DNA of 63,975 nucleotides, filler included, from Asterionella formosa (taxonomy: Eukaryota), in NCBI GenBank assembly GCA_002256025.1. It is 7 parts of 7 records of this genome, joined end to end, with 100 filler letters (N's around TTAATTAATTAA, not from the genome) between each part and the next. Parts side by side here need not be neighbours in the genome. Positions count along the whole stretch, not along the records: positions 46,393 to 55,561 come from NKIB01011015.1; positions 55,662 to 63,975 come from NKIB01012277.1; 5 more parts are not named here. The stretch is one strand, 5' to 3'. The notes beneath the pieces were generated by a model. The model searched no databases and was not told where the DNA came from. It saw only the letters and a list, made by a program, of their open reading frames with translations. The stretch's first letter is position 1; every line of letters starts with the position of its first letter. The position numbers and the translations under genes were made by a program. Positions 50,411 through 62,502 of the stretch are shown here, one piece after another.

Positions 50411-52568
50411 AGTATCTAACTAGAAGTAGTAGTTTTTCTTGAATATATGAGCTTATTAGTTAATCCTTGTGTGCAACTCAATCTCCTAGGTTGACACTAA
50501 TGTATTCAAATAGGTGTTAGTCAAGTTCTCTCCTGATAGAGTTCTGATTTATCTATGTAAACCTAACCCTATAGGTGTGTCTGCATTGAGTAAGATTGCT
50601 CTCTCTCCCACACCAAGGGAAAACCTTTCACCTATGAAAAGGTTTGAAATGACAAATATTAATACATTCAGTAGCAGGTATAGTCTGGTGATATCATGCA
50701 TGGGATACATTGAATCCTGCTATGCAATTGGAATATCCTGCATTACAAAAAAGGGCGGTAACCAGACCATAATTATCCTGTAAATAACAAATGATATCAA
50801 GGTGATGACTGGCTGGTGGTAACATGAGATATATCCAAAGTTTTATCATGTATATATAATAATAGCATTTCTATTGTTGCACATGTGCAATCTGTTCAGC
50901 ATTTGGCTGGTTTTTGTTAGGCACATAGGCCACTAGCTGACCAACAGGAGGGTTCATGACCACAAAATTTCCTGGGCAGATTCATAAAAACAGCAGGTAT
51001 GGCCCTCAGCACAGTACCCTAACCAGACATTGTCATAGGGTTACCCCATGAATTTGTAGAAAACATGCATCCAAAAACATGAACAGGGTTAGCTTTGTCA
51101 GTTTTGTAATTCACGCTGCATAGAATTTCCATGCAAGAGGAACAGTAAGTGGCTGGGTTAGCAGTGTAAGTAGTGTTAGTAGTATGATAACTTGAGGGGC
51201 AGTTTGTTTGACTGTTGGTTCACAACTGCATGGCTGGCTGCAATCATGATTGCATGTGCACTGCCACAACCGCTTTGATTTTTTAATTCACACCCTTGTT
51301 TTCTTGATGCATAAACTTCAGCAATGCGAAGATGATCTTTTGTTAAATATTTACACCAGTCACGCTTGGTTTCTTGATGCATTATATGATTGCTTTCAAC
51401 TTCAAATATATAAAGACAGTTTCGTGTTAAAAATTGACACCAGTCCCGCTTGTTTTCTTGATGCATCACATGATAGCCTTCAACTTTAACTATATAAAGA
51501 CGATCATGTTGTAGAAATTTGACACCAGTCCCGCTTGGTTTCTTGATGCATCACATGATTGCCTTCAACTTTAACTATATAAAGATGATCTTGTGTCAGA
51601 AATTTGACACCAGTCAAGCTTGTTTTCTTGACTATCACATGATTGCCTTCAGTGCTCTTGTATCATGATAGAATCCATGCTTGGGGATGTGCTTGAGACA
51701 ATCTTTGAACGATTATTCACTTTCAAAGTAAGTCGAAATCAATTGGTCTGTGTTGCTTTCTTTTTACAATTCAAACTGTAGTTGCCACACATCGAGCATA
51801 GAGCAAATTACAATCACCATCAAATCTTCCTTGGTCAAAGTCTCTTGATCGTCGGATGATACACGAACTTGAGGATTCTATTCCTGGTCTTGAGACAGTA
51901 TCCGAAGTCCATTAAAAAATGCTGAATGGTTTTGTCAAGTATCAGAGCATCCACTGATGCTGACACTGAAAGAAGCTATCCTGAAGAAGGTTGTACTTCC
52001 AACCATATCACCATGGCATCATCAAAACCGTTATTGGGCTGATCATCTATCTGGGAGTACTTCAACATTCATCCATTCGGACAAGGCGATTTCTGTAAGG
52101 CAACTTTGGAGTAGAAAGAATGTATTTCTTGCTGGAGGTTAGGCAAGCAATCATGTCATGGAATAACTCACAGCAATCAACAAAGTTTCCATGAAGCTTC
52201 CATGAAACTCATCTTGCTTGGTTGAAAGACTCAAGATGTCGAACTGGTATGAATGTATGAAAGGTGCTATTCTTGATGTTTAGTGGATTGAAATCCTTGA
52301 TCAATCATGGGACCACTGGGACTACTGGGACTTGATAATACATCAACATTGTTAATTCTGATTTGACTCTTTTTGAATTCAAAGTGAAGTATCTAACCAG
52401 TAGAAGTAGTAGTATTTGTTAAATATATGAGCTTATTAGTTAAGAATCCTTGTGTGCAAGAACTCAATCTCCTAGGTTGACACTTAAGTATTCAAATAGT
52501 GTTAGTCATGTTCTCTCCTGAAAGGGTTCTGATTTATCTATGTAAAGAACCTAACCCAATAGGTGTGT
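50411..52568 (-). mobile_element. LTR retrotransposon remnant (gypsy-like gag trace) bounded by ~170-180-bp direct repeats
   Basis: 50411-50580 is similar to 52388-52568. Purine tract GGGAGAGAGAG (minus strand, ~50598-50609) lies near the left repeat. Degraded gag-like peptide KEDLMVIVICSMLDVWQLQF. Confidence 0.6.
51340..51652. repeat. Minisatellite, ~84-bp unit, about 4 copies
   Basis: Repeated TTGACACCAGTC.CGCTTG.TTTCTTGATGCATCACATGAT.GCCTTCAACTT..A.TATATAAAGA. Confidence 0.85.
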
Positions 52569-53172
52569 ACCACTGGTACTGAAAAAGGTATACCAGGTAC
52601 TCATTTAGTGGTGATCATAAGTTGCTACCAGGTCACGCCAAGTGAGAAATTCAACCATGGCTGATATTAACTCATGAAAGGAGAAAATGGGGATCATTTG
52701 CTGTTTCTTCTTGTGGTAGTCTAGGGATATTGTTCAAAGAATACCAGAAATAAGCATGACTCTATCAAATTCTACATAAGCTATTGAACTAACCTACAGG
52801 AAAAAGCATTTACTTCATTCCCTGGGCTGAGCTTATGATTGCCTATTCCAAAGAAGATTTGATGGTGACCAATCTATGGATTTATAGAATCTAACGGTTG
52901 TACCATATCCAGCACAATTGTTCAAAATGAATCTACTTGTTAAAATACCTTGTCGGTTTGAATCCCTTGCCTATGGGCACCATTCACAACCAAGAACATC
53001 AAAAAATCTCGCGCTAGGAGATGTAGTAAAAGTAAAATAATAAAATCATATAAGATTTATATATATATTATAGAGAATAGTTTTTTCGTACAAATGATGT
53101 ACTCAATCTTTCTTATGTAGAGATGTAACCATGCATTCTTTAATGTACCGGTGGAATCATCCATATAGAGTC

Positions 53173-55560
53173 TTACACTTTGGTTGATGATCCCACATGT
53201 CGGATATGAGCTTTGCTGTCTTGTTCCTTGCACAGAGAAGGTTTGCATTTTAAGAGGTACCGGAAGTGACAGGTCCTTGTTTCGTCGCCTTCGGAATCAC
53301 ATGCCTCTGGGACATAAATTCTTGAGCCATCTGTTTGTGTGAGAATGTTTTTGTTGCTTCCATCGTGAGCAAACAAATCAATCACTGCCACACCATTCTC
53401 ACACTGCGCAGTGTAGGTGTTGACGATTCCGCACTTCACATTGGATTCCTTGATGCAAGTAAGTTCATTGGTATTGTCAATAAAGTCGGTTGCCAGCCAG
53501 CTCAACTCATCCAAATTCTCGCATCCCGTGAAGCTCTGGGAAACGGAAAAAGTAACAAAGTCCCCGTCTTGTGAGATAATAGCAACAGTGCCTTTTTGTG
53601 GAGAAACAGAACAATTGTCAACTGTAAGAGGAACAATATCAGCTCGTTTAGACTCCTCGTCGCAGCCTCGACTCGCAGAGGAGACGTAATCAGGAGTCGT
53701 AAGAATGCTATCAACCGTCTTATTTTCTTCGTGAGAATCTGACATGGGATTTGATGACGACATTGCCCGTTTGCCAGTTTCCAGCAGCGAGCGTTCACGG
53801 CGTTGCCCTGTTGGTTGCGATGTCGGAGGCAGAGAGGGGCCGGTCACGCAGTTCCCATTATCGCATGTTAGACCAGGACAGCATGGTCGGTTGTCGTTTC
53901 CAGTACCACAAGTACCAGGCATATCGACTCTCAAGCACACTGCACACTCGTAACTATTACCCGTGACCTGTTGGCAACTCCAGCTTCGATCACTGTCCAC
54001 ATTGCAGCAGGGATTGCTTGTAGCATCAGTTGGAACACCAGCGCAAGCTTGGCCCTGGAGCAGCGAACTTGCAGTAGGACATTTCATGGCTGTCTCGGTG
54101 TTGTTGATTAGCTGTGGGGGTAATGCAGTAACTGCGTCACATTTGTTAGATAAGCAACTGTGGGAGCAGCAATCACTATCCACAGTACAATCCGATTCCC
54201 TTGCTTTGCATCGTCGGCAAGGACCACACCAGTCATTGTGGACACCGCTTGGTTTGGATAGACTCCATGGATAGATGTCATGTCCATTGTTTCCTGTAAA
54301 AGAGCTTTCGTCAACACATATTTGTTCATAACCATCGATAGGGTCATCGAGTCCACTTCCCTTTCCATCACTGTTGTGACAGACAATATATTTGTGAAGG
54401 TTGTCAATATTTCCAGTTGTTGGGCATTTCCATTGGTTACAGTTTCCGAAGGATACAGGAGGGCTACTTGTGGCAATAAAAGTTGGCAACGCGGTTGACT
54501 GGGAAATGGGGACGGCAGTGGGTTCAACGACGGGGGTAAAGATGTATGTGGGACGAAAAGTCGGCAAAGCGGTTAGCTGGGAGGAGGGGATGGTAGTGGA
54601 TTCAACTAGTGGAAAAATGGTAGGTGTGGGACTCAAAGTTGGCAAAAGAGTTGGCTGGGAGGTGGGGATGACCGTGGAACCAACGACTGGAGTAACGGTA
54701 AATACGGGACTCAAAGATGGCAAAGCAGTTGGCTGCAGGGTGGGAATGCCAGTCGGTTCAACAGACGAAGTCTGACCAGCATTCGGCATCAATGTTGGCT
54801 TGGATGTTGGCCAAGGTGTTAGATCAGCAATTGGCGTTTGTGTAGGTTGTGAAGTAGGCATTGGAGTAGGATCTGCTGTAGGTCTTGAAGTGAGCCAAGG
54901 TGTTGGATCAGCAGTTAGCAACAATGTTGGCTTGGATGTGGGCCAAGGTGTCGGGTCAGCAGTTGGCGATTGTGTGGGTTTTAAAGTTGGTACTTCTGTT
55001 GGTCTTGATGTCGGCCAAGGTGTTGGGTCAGAAGTTGGTGTAAGTGTGGGTTTTAAAGTAGGATCTGCTGTTGGTCTTGTAGTGGGCCATAGAGTGGGAT
55101 CAGCAGTTGGCTGCAATGTTGGTTTAGAAGTCGGCCACGGCGTTGGATCACCTGTTGGCAGCAATGTTGGCATAGAAGTCGGCCAAGGTGTTGGATCAGC
55201 AGTTGGCGTGAATGTGGGTTTCGAAGTAGGTCTTGTTGTCGGGTCAGCAGTTGGCGTGTGTGTGGGTTTCGAAGTTGGTACTTCTGTTGGTCTTGATGTC
55301 GGCCTAGGTGTCGGGTCAGCAGTAGGCGTGAGTGTGGGTTTCGAAGTTGGCACTTCTGTTGGTCTTGATGTCGGCCAAGGTGTTGGGTCAGCGGTTGGCA
55401 ACAATGTTGGCTTCGAGGTAGGCTGCGGAGTCGGATTTGCTGTAGGTCTCGAAGTGGGCCAAGATGTAGGATCAGCTGTTGGCAACAATGTTGGCAAAGG
55501 TGTTGGATCAGCTGTTGGCCTAGATGTCGGCAAAGGTGTTGGATCAGCTGTTGGCAACAA
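53173..55560 (-). CDS. Extracellular adhesin/cell-wall-like protein (PTADPTPWPTSKPT repeats, Cys-rich modules, C-terminal Cys-containing domain), 5' end lost at the linker
   Basis: 795-aa open frame; ~300 aa of PT repeats; knottin-like C-x6-CC-x3-C patterns; RERSLL site; C-terminal domain SQDGDFVTFSVSQ...YTAQCENGVAVIDLF...CHFRYLLKC. Confidence 0.85.
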   Translation of the reverse strand: MLPTADPTPLPTSRPTADPTPLPTLLPTADPTSWPTSRPTANPTPQPTSKPTLLPTADPTPWPTSRPTEVPTSKPTLTPTADPTPRPTSRPTEVPTSKPTHTPTADPTTRPTSKPTFTPTADPTPWPTSMPTLLPTGDPTPWPTSKPTLQPTADPTLWPTTRPTADPTLKPTLTPTSDPTPWPTSRPTEVPTLKPTQSPTADPTPWPTSKPTLLLTADPTPWLTSRPTADPTPMPTSQPTQTPIADLTPWPTSKPTLMPNAGQTSSVEPTGIPTLQPTALPSLSPVFTVTPVVGSTVIPTSQPTLLPTLSPTPTIFPLVESTTIPSSQLTALPTFRPTYIFTPVVEPTAVPISQSTALPTFIATSSPPVSFGNCNQWKCPTTGNIDNLHKYIVCHNSDGKGSGLDDPIDGYEQICVDESSFTGNNGHDIYPWSLSKPSGVHNDWCGPCRRCKARESDCTVDSDCCSHSCLSNKCDAVTALPPQLINNTETAMKCPTASSLLQGQACAGVPTDATSNPCCNVDSDRSWSCQQVTGNSYECAVCLRVDMPGTCGTGNDNRPCCPGLTCDNGNCVTGPSLPPTSQPTGQRRERSLLETGKRAMSSSNPMSDSHEENKTVDSILTTPDYVSSASRGCDEESKRADIVPLTVDNCSVSPQKGTVAIISQDGDFVTFSVSQSFTGCENLDELSWLATDFIDNTNELTCIKESNVKCGIVNTYTAQCENGVAVIDLFAHDGSNKNILTQTDGSRIYVPEACDSEGDETRTCHFRYLLKCKPSLCKEQDSKAHIRHVGSSTKV

Positions 55561-55684
55561 TNNNNNNNNNNNNNNNNNNNNNNNNNNNNNNNNNNNNNNN
55601 NNNNNTTAATTAATTAANNNNNNNNNNNNNNNNNNNNNNNNNNNNNNNNNNNNNNNNNNNNTCCAAGGGTTGAATTCAGAAACC

Positions 55685-58600
55685 ATGCAATATTCAGATT
55701 TTCAAGATCGCACCGGCTTTCTCCCTGAAAATGCAATGGAAATGCCCCTTCCTCCTCAATTTCAACTTCCAAGTAAACATTCTCTGAACATGCATCCAAT
55801 TGAATTAGAACTCATGTTATTCCTCAACGAGAATTATCTTCCACCAGTTTACTTTGATCATCTAATGAAATGGCTGTTCAAGACAAAAGCAATGAAATAT
55901 TTTGATGGAAGGTATCAAGCTCCATCTTACCAGACTTTGAAAAAACGCATGGATATTTCATTTCCACCAACATTAGCTGGTGGTCAACTGTTGACCAAAC
56001 AAATAAAGATTGATAACAATTCAAATATGATCATCCCACGCACACTCCATTATTTCGAACTAGTACAGCTCATGGCAGGATTGCTACGTGATTCCGATAT
56101 CATGCAACATTTTGTATGTCACCCACAAGTGAAACTTACAACTTGTGGAGAACGCATATATGACGAAGTAACTTCTGCGACTTGGTTTGAAAATGCATTC
56201 AACAATTCTCCTGCATCAGAAAATGGAGTGTTGAAGACAGGGTGTTTATTTGTTGCCCTAGCAGTTTTCAGTGATGGTTCACCTATTGATAAACAAATGA
56301 AAGATTCCGAGCATCCGTTTTTGCTGACAATGTTAAACTTAACGTTAGAAGGAAGAAAAAAAGTTGATGGATGGCAATTAGCATCTCTTTTGCCAGACAT
56401 TGAAGTCAGTGATCTGGAAAAACAAATGAATAATAAGTTATCTGGCGACGACTTGTCCTTATGTAGACTCAAATTATATCATTCTGTTACAGGATTTCTA
56501 TTGTCGCCTTTCGAAGATCCAAACAAGTCATAAGATATTTGGGTTCATGGTCTTGGTATGACAAAAGTTTATTTCCAAGTTGGAATGATCATTGGTGATA
56601 CAGAAGAACACAATAAAATTTGTGGCTTCAGGGGTGGTAATGGATTATATCGACGATATGTTTGTCGTGATTGCCTGGTTTCAACTGAGGATGCTGATAA
56701 TCCTGATATTGGATGTGAACGTCATAAAGTGTCAGATGTTAAAAGTTTTTTCTTGACAAAAATGCATATCCCGATGGAAAATTGCCATGTATCCCACCTG
56801 AGTATTGTGTCTCCCAATCTAATGGCAAATACGCAACAGCAAACAAGTGGTGCCGTGTTATATCGCATAATCCTATTATGCCTGCACTAATAAATCATTT
56901 TTTTGATGGTGACTTAGAAGGATTATTTGGTGCAACTCCATTTGAGGTTCTTCATCAATTGCTACTTGGAATATTTAAGTACATTTTGGAATCTTTGTAC
57001 AATTATCGGACTATCCCTGAAGAATGGACATGTTTTTTTAAAGAAAGAAAATCTCCAGATATTCCAGAAAACATCTCCAATCATAAACGTAACACTGAAA
57101 CAACAGACTTTGCTTTTCTTGATCAAGAGCAACCGAAGAAACGGGCAAAGAACAAAGAGGACACACGCACCAGTTATCAAAAATATCTACACTGGCAAAA
57201 ATCAAGACCCAACACTTGTACCAGCACCAGAAATGTATTTTCGAAACTATACTTCGAACAAAGTGCTAGATATATCAATAGTCATTTGGAAAGGCAAAGC
57301 GATCGTGATATTCCAAAATTGTCATACAGATCTGGGATGACAGCTTTGTCGAAAATGTCAGGGCAAGAAATTCCCGGATTATGTCTGTTAACTATTTTTT
57401 CAATGGGTGGAATGATGGGTTCAGAGAAGATGCACCTAGAAAAGGATTTCACATTGCTGTTATGGCTATGTATATCTATCAATGACACTTTATTCATACC
57501 ACAATATACATCAACATGTATTGATATTTTAGAGGAAAGGGTGAAGAGATTTATGTCAGTTACTAAGATTATGATTGGTCCCCAACGGGAAATGATATCT
57601 CAAATTGGCTTACGAATGGCAAAATTTCATGGAATGAAACATTACCCTCATCTAATTAGGAAGTTCGGATCTCCTCTTAATTTCTTTGGTGGATATTTGG
57701 AGTCTTTTTTGAAAGACAAATTGAAACGAGCGACCCAGTAAGCGTGTCAATGGAAAATTACATCGATTAAAGCATTACATTTTAAAAAGGTCATATGAAA
57801 CAAAGCAGTTTGCCTTGGCACGAATTTTTTTTTTGTAAGTGATTCATTACATTCAGAAAACAAACAAAAGAAGATGAGTAAAGTATACATCAATGTAACT
57901 GAGGGTATTTCAACAGAAATTGATTTCGAAGGAATGATTCCGGATACAGTGATGTTGCCTAGTAGGTCGCCTGAAAATTTTGGAATATCGCCTACCAAAA
58001 TCCATTCACCAGCCCTTCCTGTTAAAGTTCAATTTTCTGCTTCAACATCAAATGGTCTATGGACTATAGCAGGTGTCCCTAATAAGATTGGGCATGTATC
58101 ACGGAGTAAGGATGCACCCTTGTCTCAATTGGTTCATCCTGATTTACCGAAGGGGGCCAACTACGTAATGAGCATTGCGAATTCAGCAATAGAAATAGCA
58201 AAAATCAAAAGTCTTGAAATGGGATTGGGCCTGTTTCCATTGTAAGGATTGACTTTTATTATCATGATAAAATTGAAAGTAATGTTTCCGGCCAAACTGC
58301 TATTTTCAGATGCCATCCGAAATGGAATAATGATTCAAAGGCAGGAATCTCTGGTCGTGAATGGTTTGACTGGGTCGAAGTGAACTGGGAGAAGGGAGAT
58401 GGATCAAGTTTCTACACAGTTCCTGCAAAACTACTTCTTTGGGGAAATGTTATTTTCTCCAACACAACAACCATTCTCTTAGCGTGTATTCGTTTCTTGA
58501 AAAGTTCAACTGAAATGAAAATTCATAAACGTATGTTTTTTGCAAGAGGAGACACCTTATGCAATGATACAACTGAATTGAGCGTTGTTGAATTTCATAA

Positions 58601-58775
58601 CATACTTTCGGCAGCATTTGTTGTTCCTGCTTTGAAACCACAGGAATCAAGGAAATCTCTGAAACCGCAAGAAGTTTTGGAACAGATACGGAAAGATAAT
58701 TTTTATGTTGCCATGCCTCCACGTATTTTATGGAAATCAATCGGGTGGGACCAAAAACTAACAAGCGAACGTTGA
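55685..58775 (+). pseudogene. Plavaka-type (CACTA-related) DDE transposase, ~1000 codons with a nonsense codon and several frameshifts
   Basis: FSDGSPID...HPFLLTMLNL...W...LLPD; LYHSV...LL; IIGDTEEHNKICG...CRDC; GATPFEVLHQLLLG; KFHGMKHY..LIRKFGSPLNF.GGYLE; IFRCHP.W...EWFDWVEVNW. In-frame TAA at 56531-56533. Confidence 0.82.
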
Positions 58776-58893
58776 TAAATATATAAGAATAATGTAAATG
58801 ATGATGATAACAATATAGTTTCGCATACTAAATTGGTTATTATGAGGTTTTCACAAACTACAATTTCCTAAGAAATGATTATCCAATGGTCCA

Positions 58894-61080
58894 TTATTTC
58901 TTCTTTTTCACTCCCAAAGAACCTAAGATGGTCCTTCTCGTTTCGTCCGAAACTTTGCTTCTCCACTTTTCAACTGTAGTTCGATATGTGTCTGCAAACT
59001 TCTTCAATTTGATTCCAGAAGGGCTATCGTCAGATACAAAATTTTCTTTCAACTTTTTGTCAATTTTGATGCATCCAGAAATTTGGCCAAGAGGTGCATG
59101 ATTATACCATTTGAAGGGAGCAAGTTTGTCATTACTTTGTTGTATCATGGATTTTACGTAGACAACTTCATCCTTCTTGAAAGAAGAGTTGCAAGGAACT
59201 CGTCCAAATACTTCGTTCAACATTTTTAAATCTAAATAGGATGTCAAAATTTTGTCGATACAAAATTGAAGAACAGTTACTGTATTTCCAACTGAAACAC
59301 ATCCTCACGAGAATTTGTCGTTGTCACTTGAGGCCAAACTGTTCCAAGATGAAAGAATGTTGACTTGGTTGGTGGGTCAGATGTAATGGATAAGAAATCG
59401 TCTGTTCGATCTGTTGCTACCACCTGACGTTTTAAAACTTTCCAGGACTCAGTCTCCAAACGGAAATGTGCCCATTTGCCAAGAAATTTGGTTTTGCCAT
59501 TACTTTCTAATTGCAATAGAGTTTCCAACACTTTCACAATTGTAAAAGGTCCACATGACCATCCGTTATCATCTTCTGGTTGAAATAACATGGAATCATG
59601 TTCAGTGGCCATACTGATCTGCAATGGTGCTTTGGTGCCAGTATAGAAAGATTCCGAGAACCCAATTTCTACAGGAATATGGGAATCTTGTGGAAGATAC
59701 TATCCTGTATCGGTGCATAACAATTCCAATTGTTTCTTGGTGCATCCAGGGATGATGCAGTACTTACGAGCTAGTTGAAACACTTGATCATAATGTTTAT
59801 CCAAACTTGCATCTTTTCCTGGATCACGGACTTGACATTATCCATCATTTATAGCAAAAAGATAATGCACAAAATGATTGTTTTCCTCCTCATCTGATCT
59901 TTTGCAATACACAATTAGCACATAGTTACTTTCGTGATGAAGTGGATGACAATCACCTTGGTATATATATGGATTGTTATTACCCTTTTCTGGGTTCTCA
60001 TCAAGATCAAATATAACCTTTACATCACTTGGATGAAGTTCATGAATTATATGATGGATCATAGAGGTAATTGTTTCAAGGTCCCAATATGCAAGATCTT
60101 TAAAATGATCTGAAGATTATTTTTTGATACCTTTGACTCCATAAAATACAGAGGAGTAATTGCATATATCTTGCGGGGTACGAGTGTACAAATCTTTCCA
60201 CAATTTTAGTTGTCCATGCGATTTCGGCAAACTCAAGGAAAATGCCGTTTGCTTTGGCATAATAACTCTACACATTTCACATGCCGACTCTTCACAAAAG
60301 TAGCTGCCTCCGGGATTGTTTTCAATGATTTTACAAAGAAATTCTTTTTCTTCCATGTATGATTTGGAAAAAGATTCAATTTTGTGTTTCTGACTTCGTT
60401 CCCTAATCAGAGCATCAACTGGCTGCCTTAGCCAGCATCAAATCTTTGTCTGCATTGATCTTCTTGAATTCGAGGTCTTGATATACCGGTAGCTCAGACT
60501 TTTTCTTGAATATCTTTTCTTTTAGAAATGCAATAGTTTCTCTGCTTTTATGATGTTCATCTTGATGTTCTGGACGAATAGTGAGATATGTTTCTTGGTT
60601 TTGCAACTTTTCAACCATTTCTACTTCTGAAGTGTTGTCTGCCACATTTCTGCCGATAGTTTCATTCATCGCATGAATTTGTTCATCAAATGAATGAGAA
60701 TCACTGAGTTCTTCTTCATTATCAGCGATTTCGGGAGAATGAGCAAAATACGACACTGGAAGGTGGAACTGTGACTCTGTACGAATAGAGTCTTCATCCA
60801 AGAAGACCACCAACTGTTTGGGTTTCCTCTTCGAAAGCAATCTTTCCTTCTTTTCAATCTCAGCCACTATTGTATCGGCATACTTCATTATTTTTCCTGG
60901 AGTATTATGAATCTGTTCAAATTCATTTGATCTTTGAGTGTATTCAAAGGAATCTTCGATTGATTTCATAACTTTCTTCATCTCCTTTTCCGAAAACATA
61001 ACGTCGTGTAGTGTAAACAATGGAAGTAAGTCTCGTTTCTTGTTTGACTGATCCTTTCCATGAAATACGTGAAATGCCAT
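58894..61080 (-). pseudogene. Fragmented transposon accessory ORF with Ulp1/C48-like cysteine protease motifs
   Basis: Consecutive minus-strand ORF pieces. NNHFVHYLF (His), VRDPG (Asp) and FQPEDDNGWSCGPF (Gln, Cys) occur in C48 order. K-rich C-terminus. Confidence 0.6.
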
Positions 61081-62502
61081 TTGGAAAGTTGTCAAAGGGC
61101 CAGAAGACAATGATGTAAAACAGTGGAAGGGAAACGCGGAGCTTTTCGCGGAGCTTATTGCGGCGCCTGTGGAGGTGGAACTGGTGTGATGGTAAGCGAG
61201 TGTAGTAATTGTTGAACAGAGCACAGTGTAATATGCATGTTCCGCCAGCGTAGTGTTTACACAATACATATGCTGGCATATACCGGTATATAGCTAAAAC
61301 AAGGAAAGACGACACGAAAATGAACATGATGGCTGGTTGTTGAGGATACCGGTATGTGATATGCATCAATCCATATCACAAATCATATTATAGTGATGTA
61401 CATATCAACGCATCTATATACTTAGATCCTATCCACTGTATAATACTATAATATTAACTGTTGACTTTAACTGTATACATTAAACGACAAACATATATAT
61501 TAATTAACATACTTTATGATTGCTTGATTTATATTCTATGATGTCTTGGTAACACTTGCGTACATATTTTATCGTATTTTATTGTCATTGTACTATTTTT
61601 ACATGATCAAGTCGACAGTGTGTGCACGCACACGCCAAGCAAGTTTGATGCAACGGACAATTCCAACAATCAAATGACGATACAGATATCAAATTCTTCC
61701 TATGAGCAAACAACAATGAAAAGAGCCACTTGCTTTCGCTCTCTTGATGGTATCAAAGATGCGGACAAGTTCAATAGTTAATTCAAGTACAGTATGCCAA
61801 ATGCAGAAACGAGCGAGCGATATGAAAATGAAATGCGTTCTAATCAGAATCATTCTATAACTATAGCTATGTGGACAGTAGTCTGTTACGCACATTTTCG
61901 TATCTCCTTCTATGCTGAATCTCAATAGTAGATGTAGTATCATGTGAGAATTGAAAATGTCAACAAGAACAAGTAGAATGTGTTTGTTTACGGGTTGATT
62001 GGCGAGATTGTCATGCTGAAGTGGACGAAACGGATATACTTTATGCGCTGTGTGCGGAAACATTACGAGTTTGAATAGTTTCTTCTCTCCTGTAAACTCT
62101 TAATTGAATGATTAAGAACAAAGGTTCACTGCACATGACGATTACTTGAAGATATAAAGATCACTTGACCAACAAATTGAAGACGTTGTCGCAAACATTC
62201 ATTCCGCTTGTCATCGCTAGTATTTCGTTGTTGTTGCAAAAATCGGAGTGATGAGGGGCGGATGGAAATGACGAGCCAAATTACATTGCTTGAACTGGTA
62301 CATTATCCTACCAAGAAATTCGAATACAGGAATGAAATAGAAACAATACATATAATAATTAAATATATGTAGTCAAAAGGGTTACTATTTAAATTACAAA
62401 GGCATTTATCAAAATTATTAGATGATATAACGAAAAATTATGATCAGATGATCACAATCCTATGATGCATCATGGAAATATGATAGTTTTTATTTGCAGA
62501 CG

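Larger units (their letters stand above)
55662..62502. mobile_element. Plavaka/CACTA-like DNA transposon (left end lost at the linker), with two convergent genes and right end TTTGCAGACG
   Basis: Transposase pseudogene on +, Ulp1-like ORF on -, and a ~200-bp right terminus shared with 361-566 and 37122-37190. Confidence 0.8.

Noticed and set aside
51340..51652. CRISPR-like array
   Set aside because: Whole units are repeated without unique spacers, there are no cas genes, and the context is eukaryotic.
54800..55609. 269-aa Gly/Val-rich plus-strand ORF (also 48297-48806, 22159-22521, 40361-40903, 8144-8647)
   Set aside because: Antisense shadows of real minus-strand coding sequence.
55670..58775. 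Multi-gene operon or viral gene block
   Set aside because: The pieces join into one transposase by single stop or frameshift corrections; no viral hallmark genes are present.
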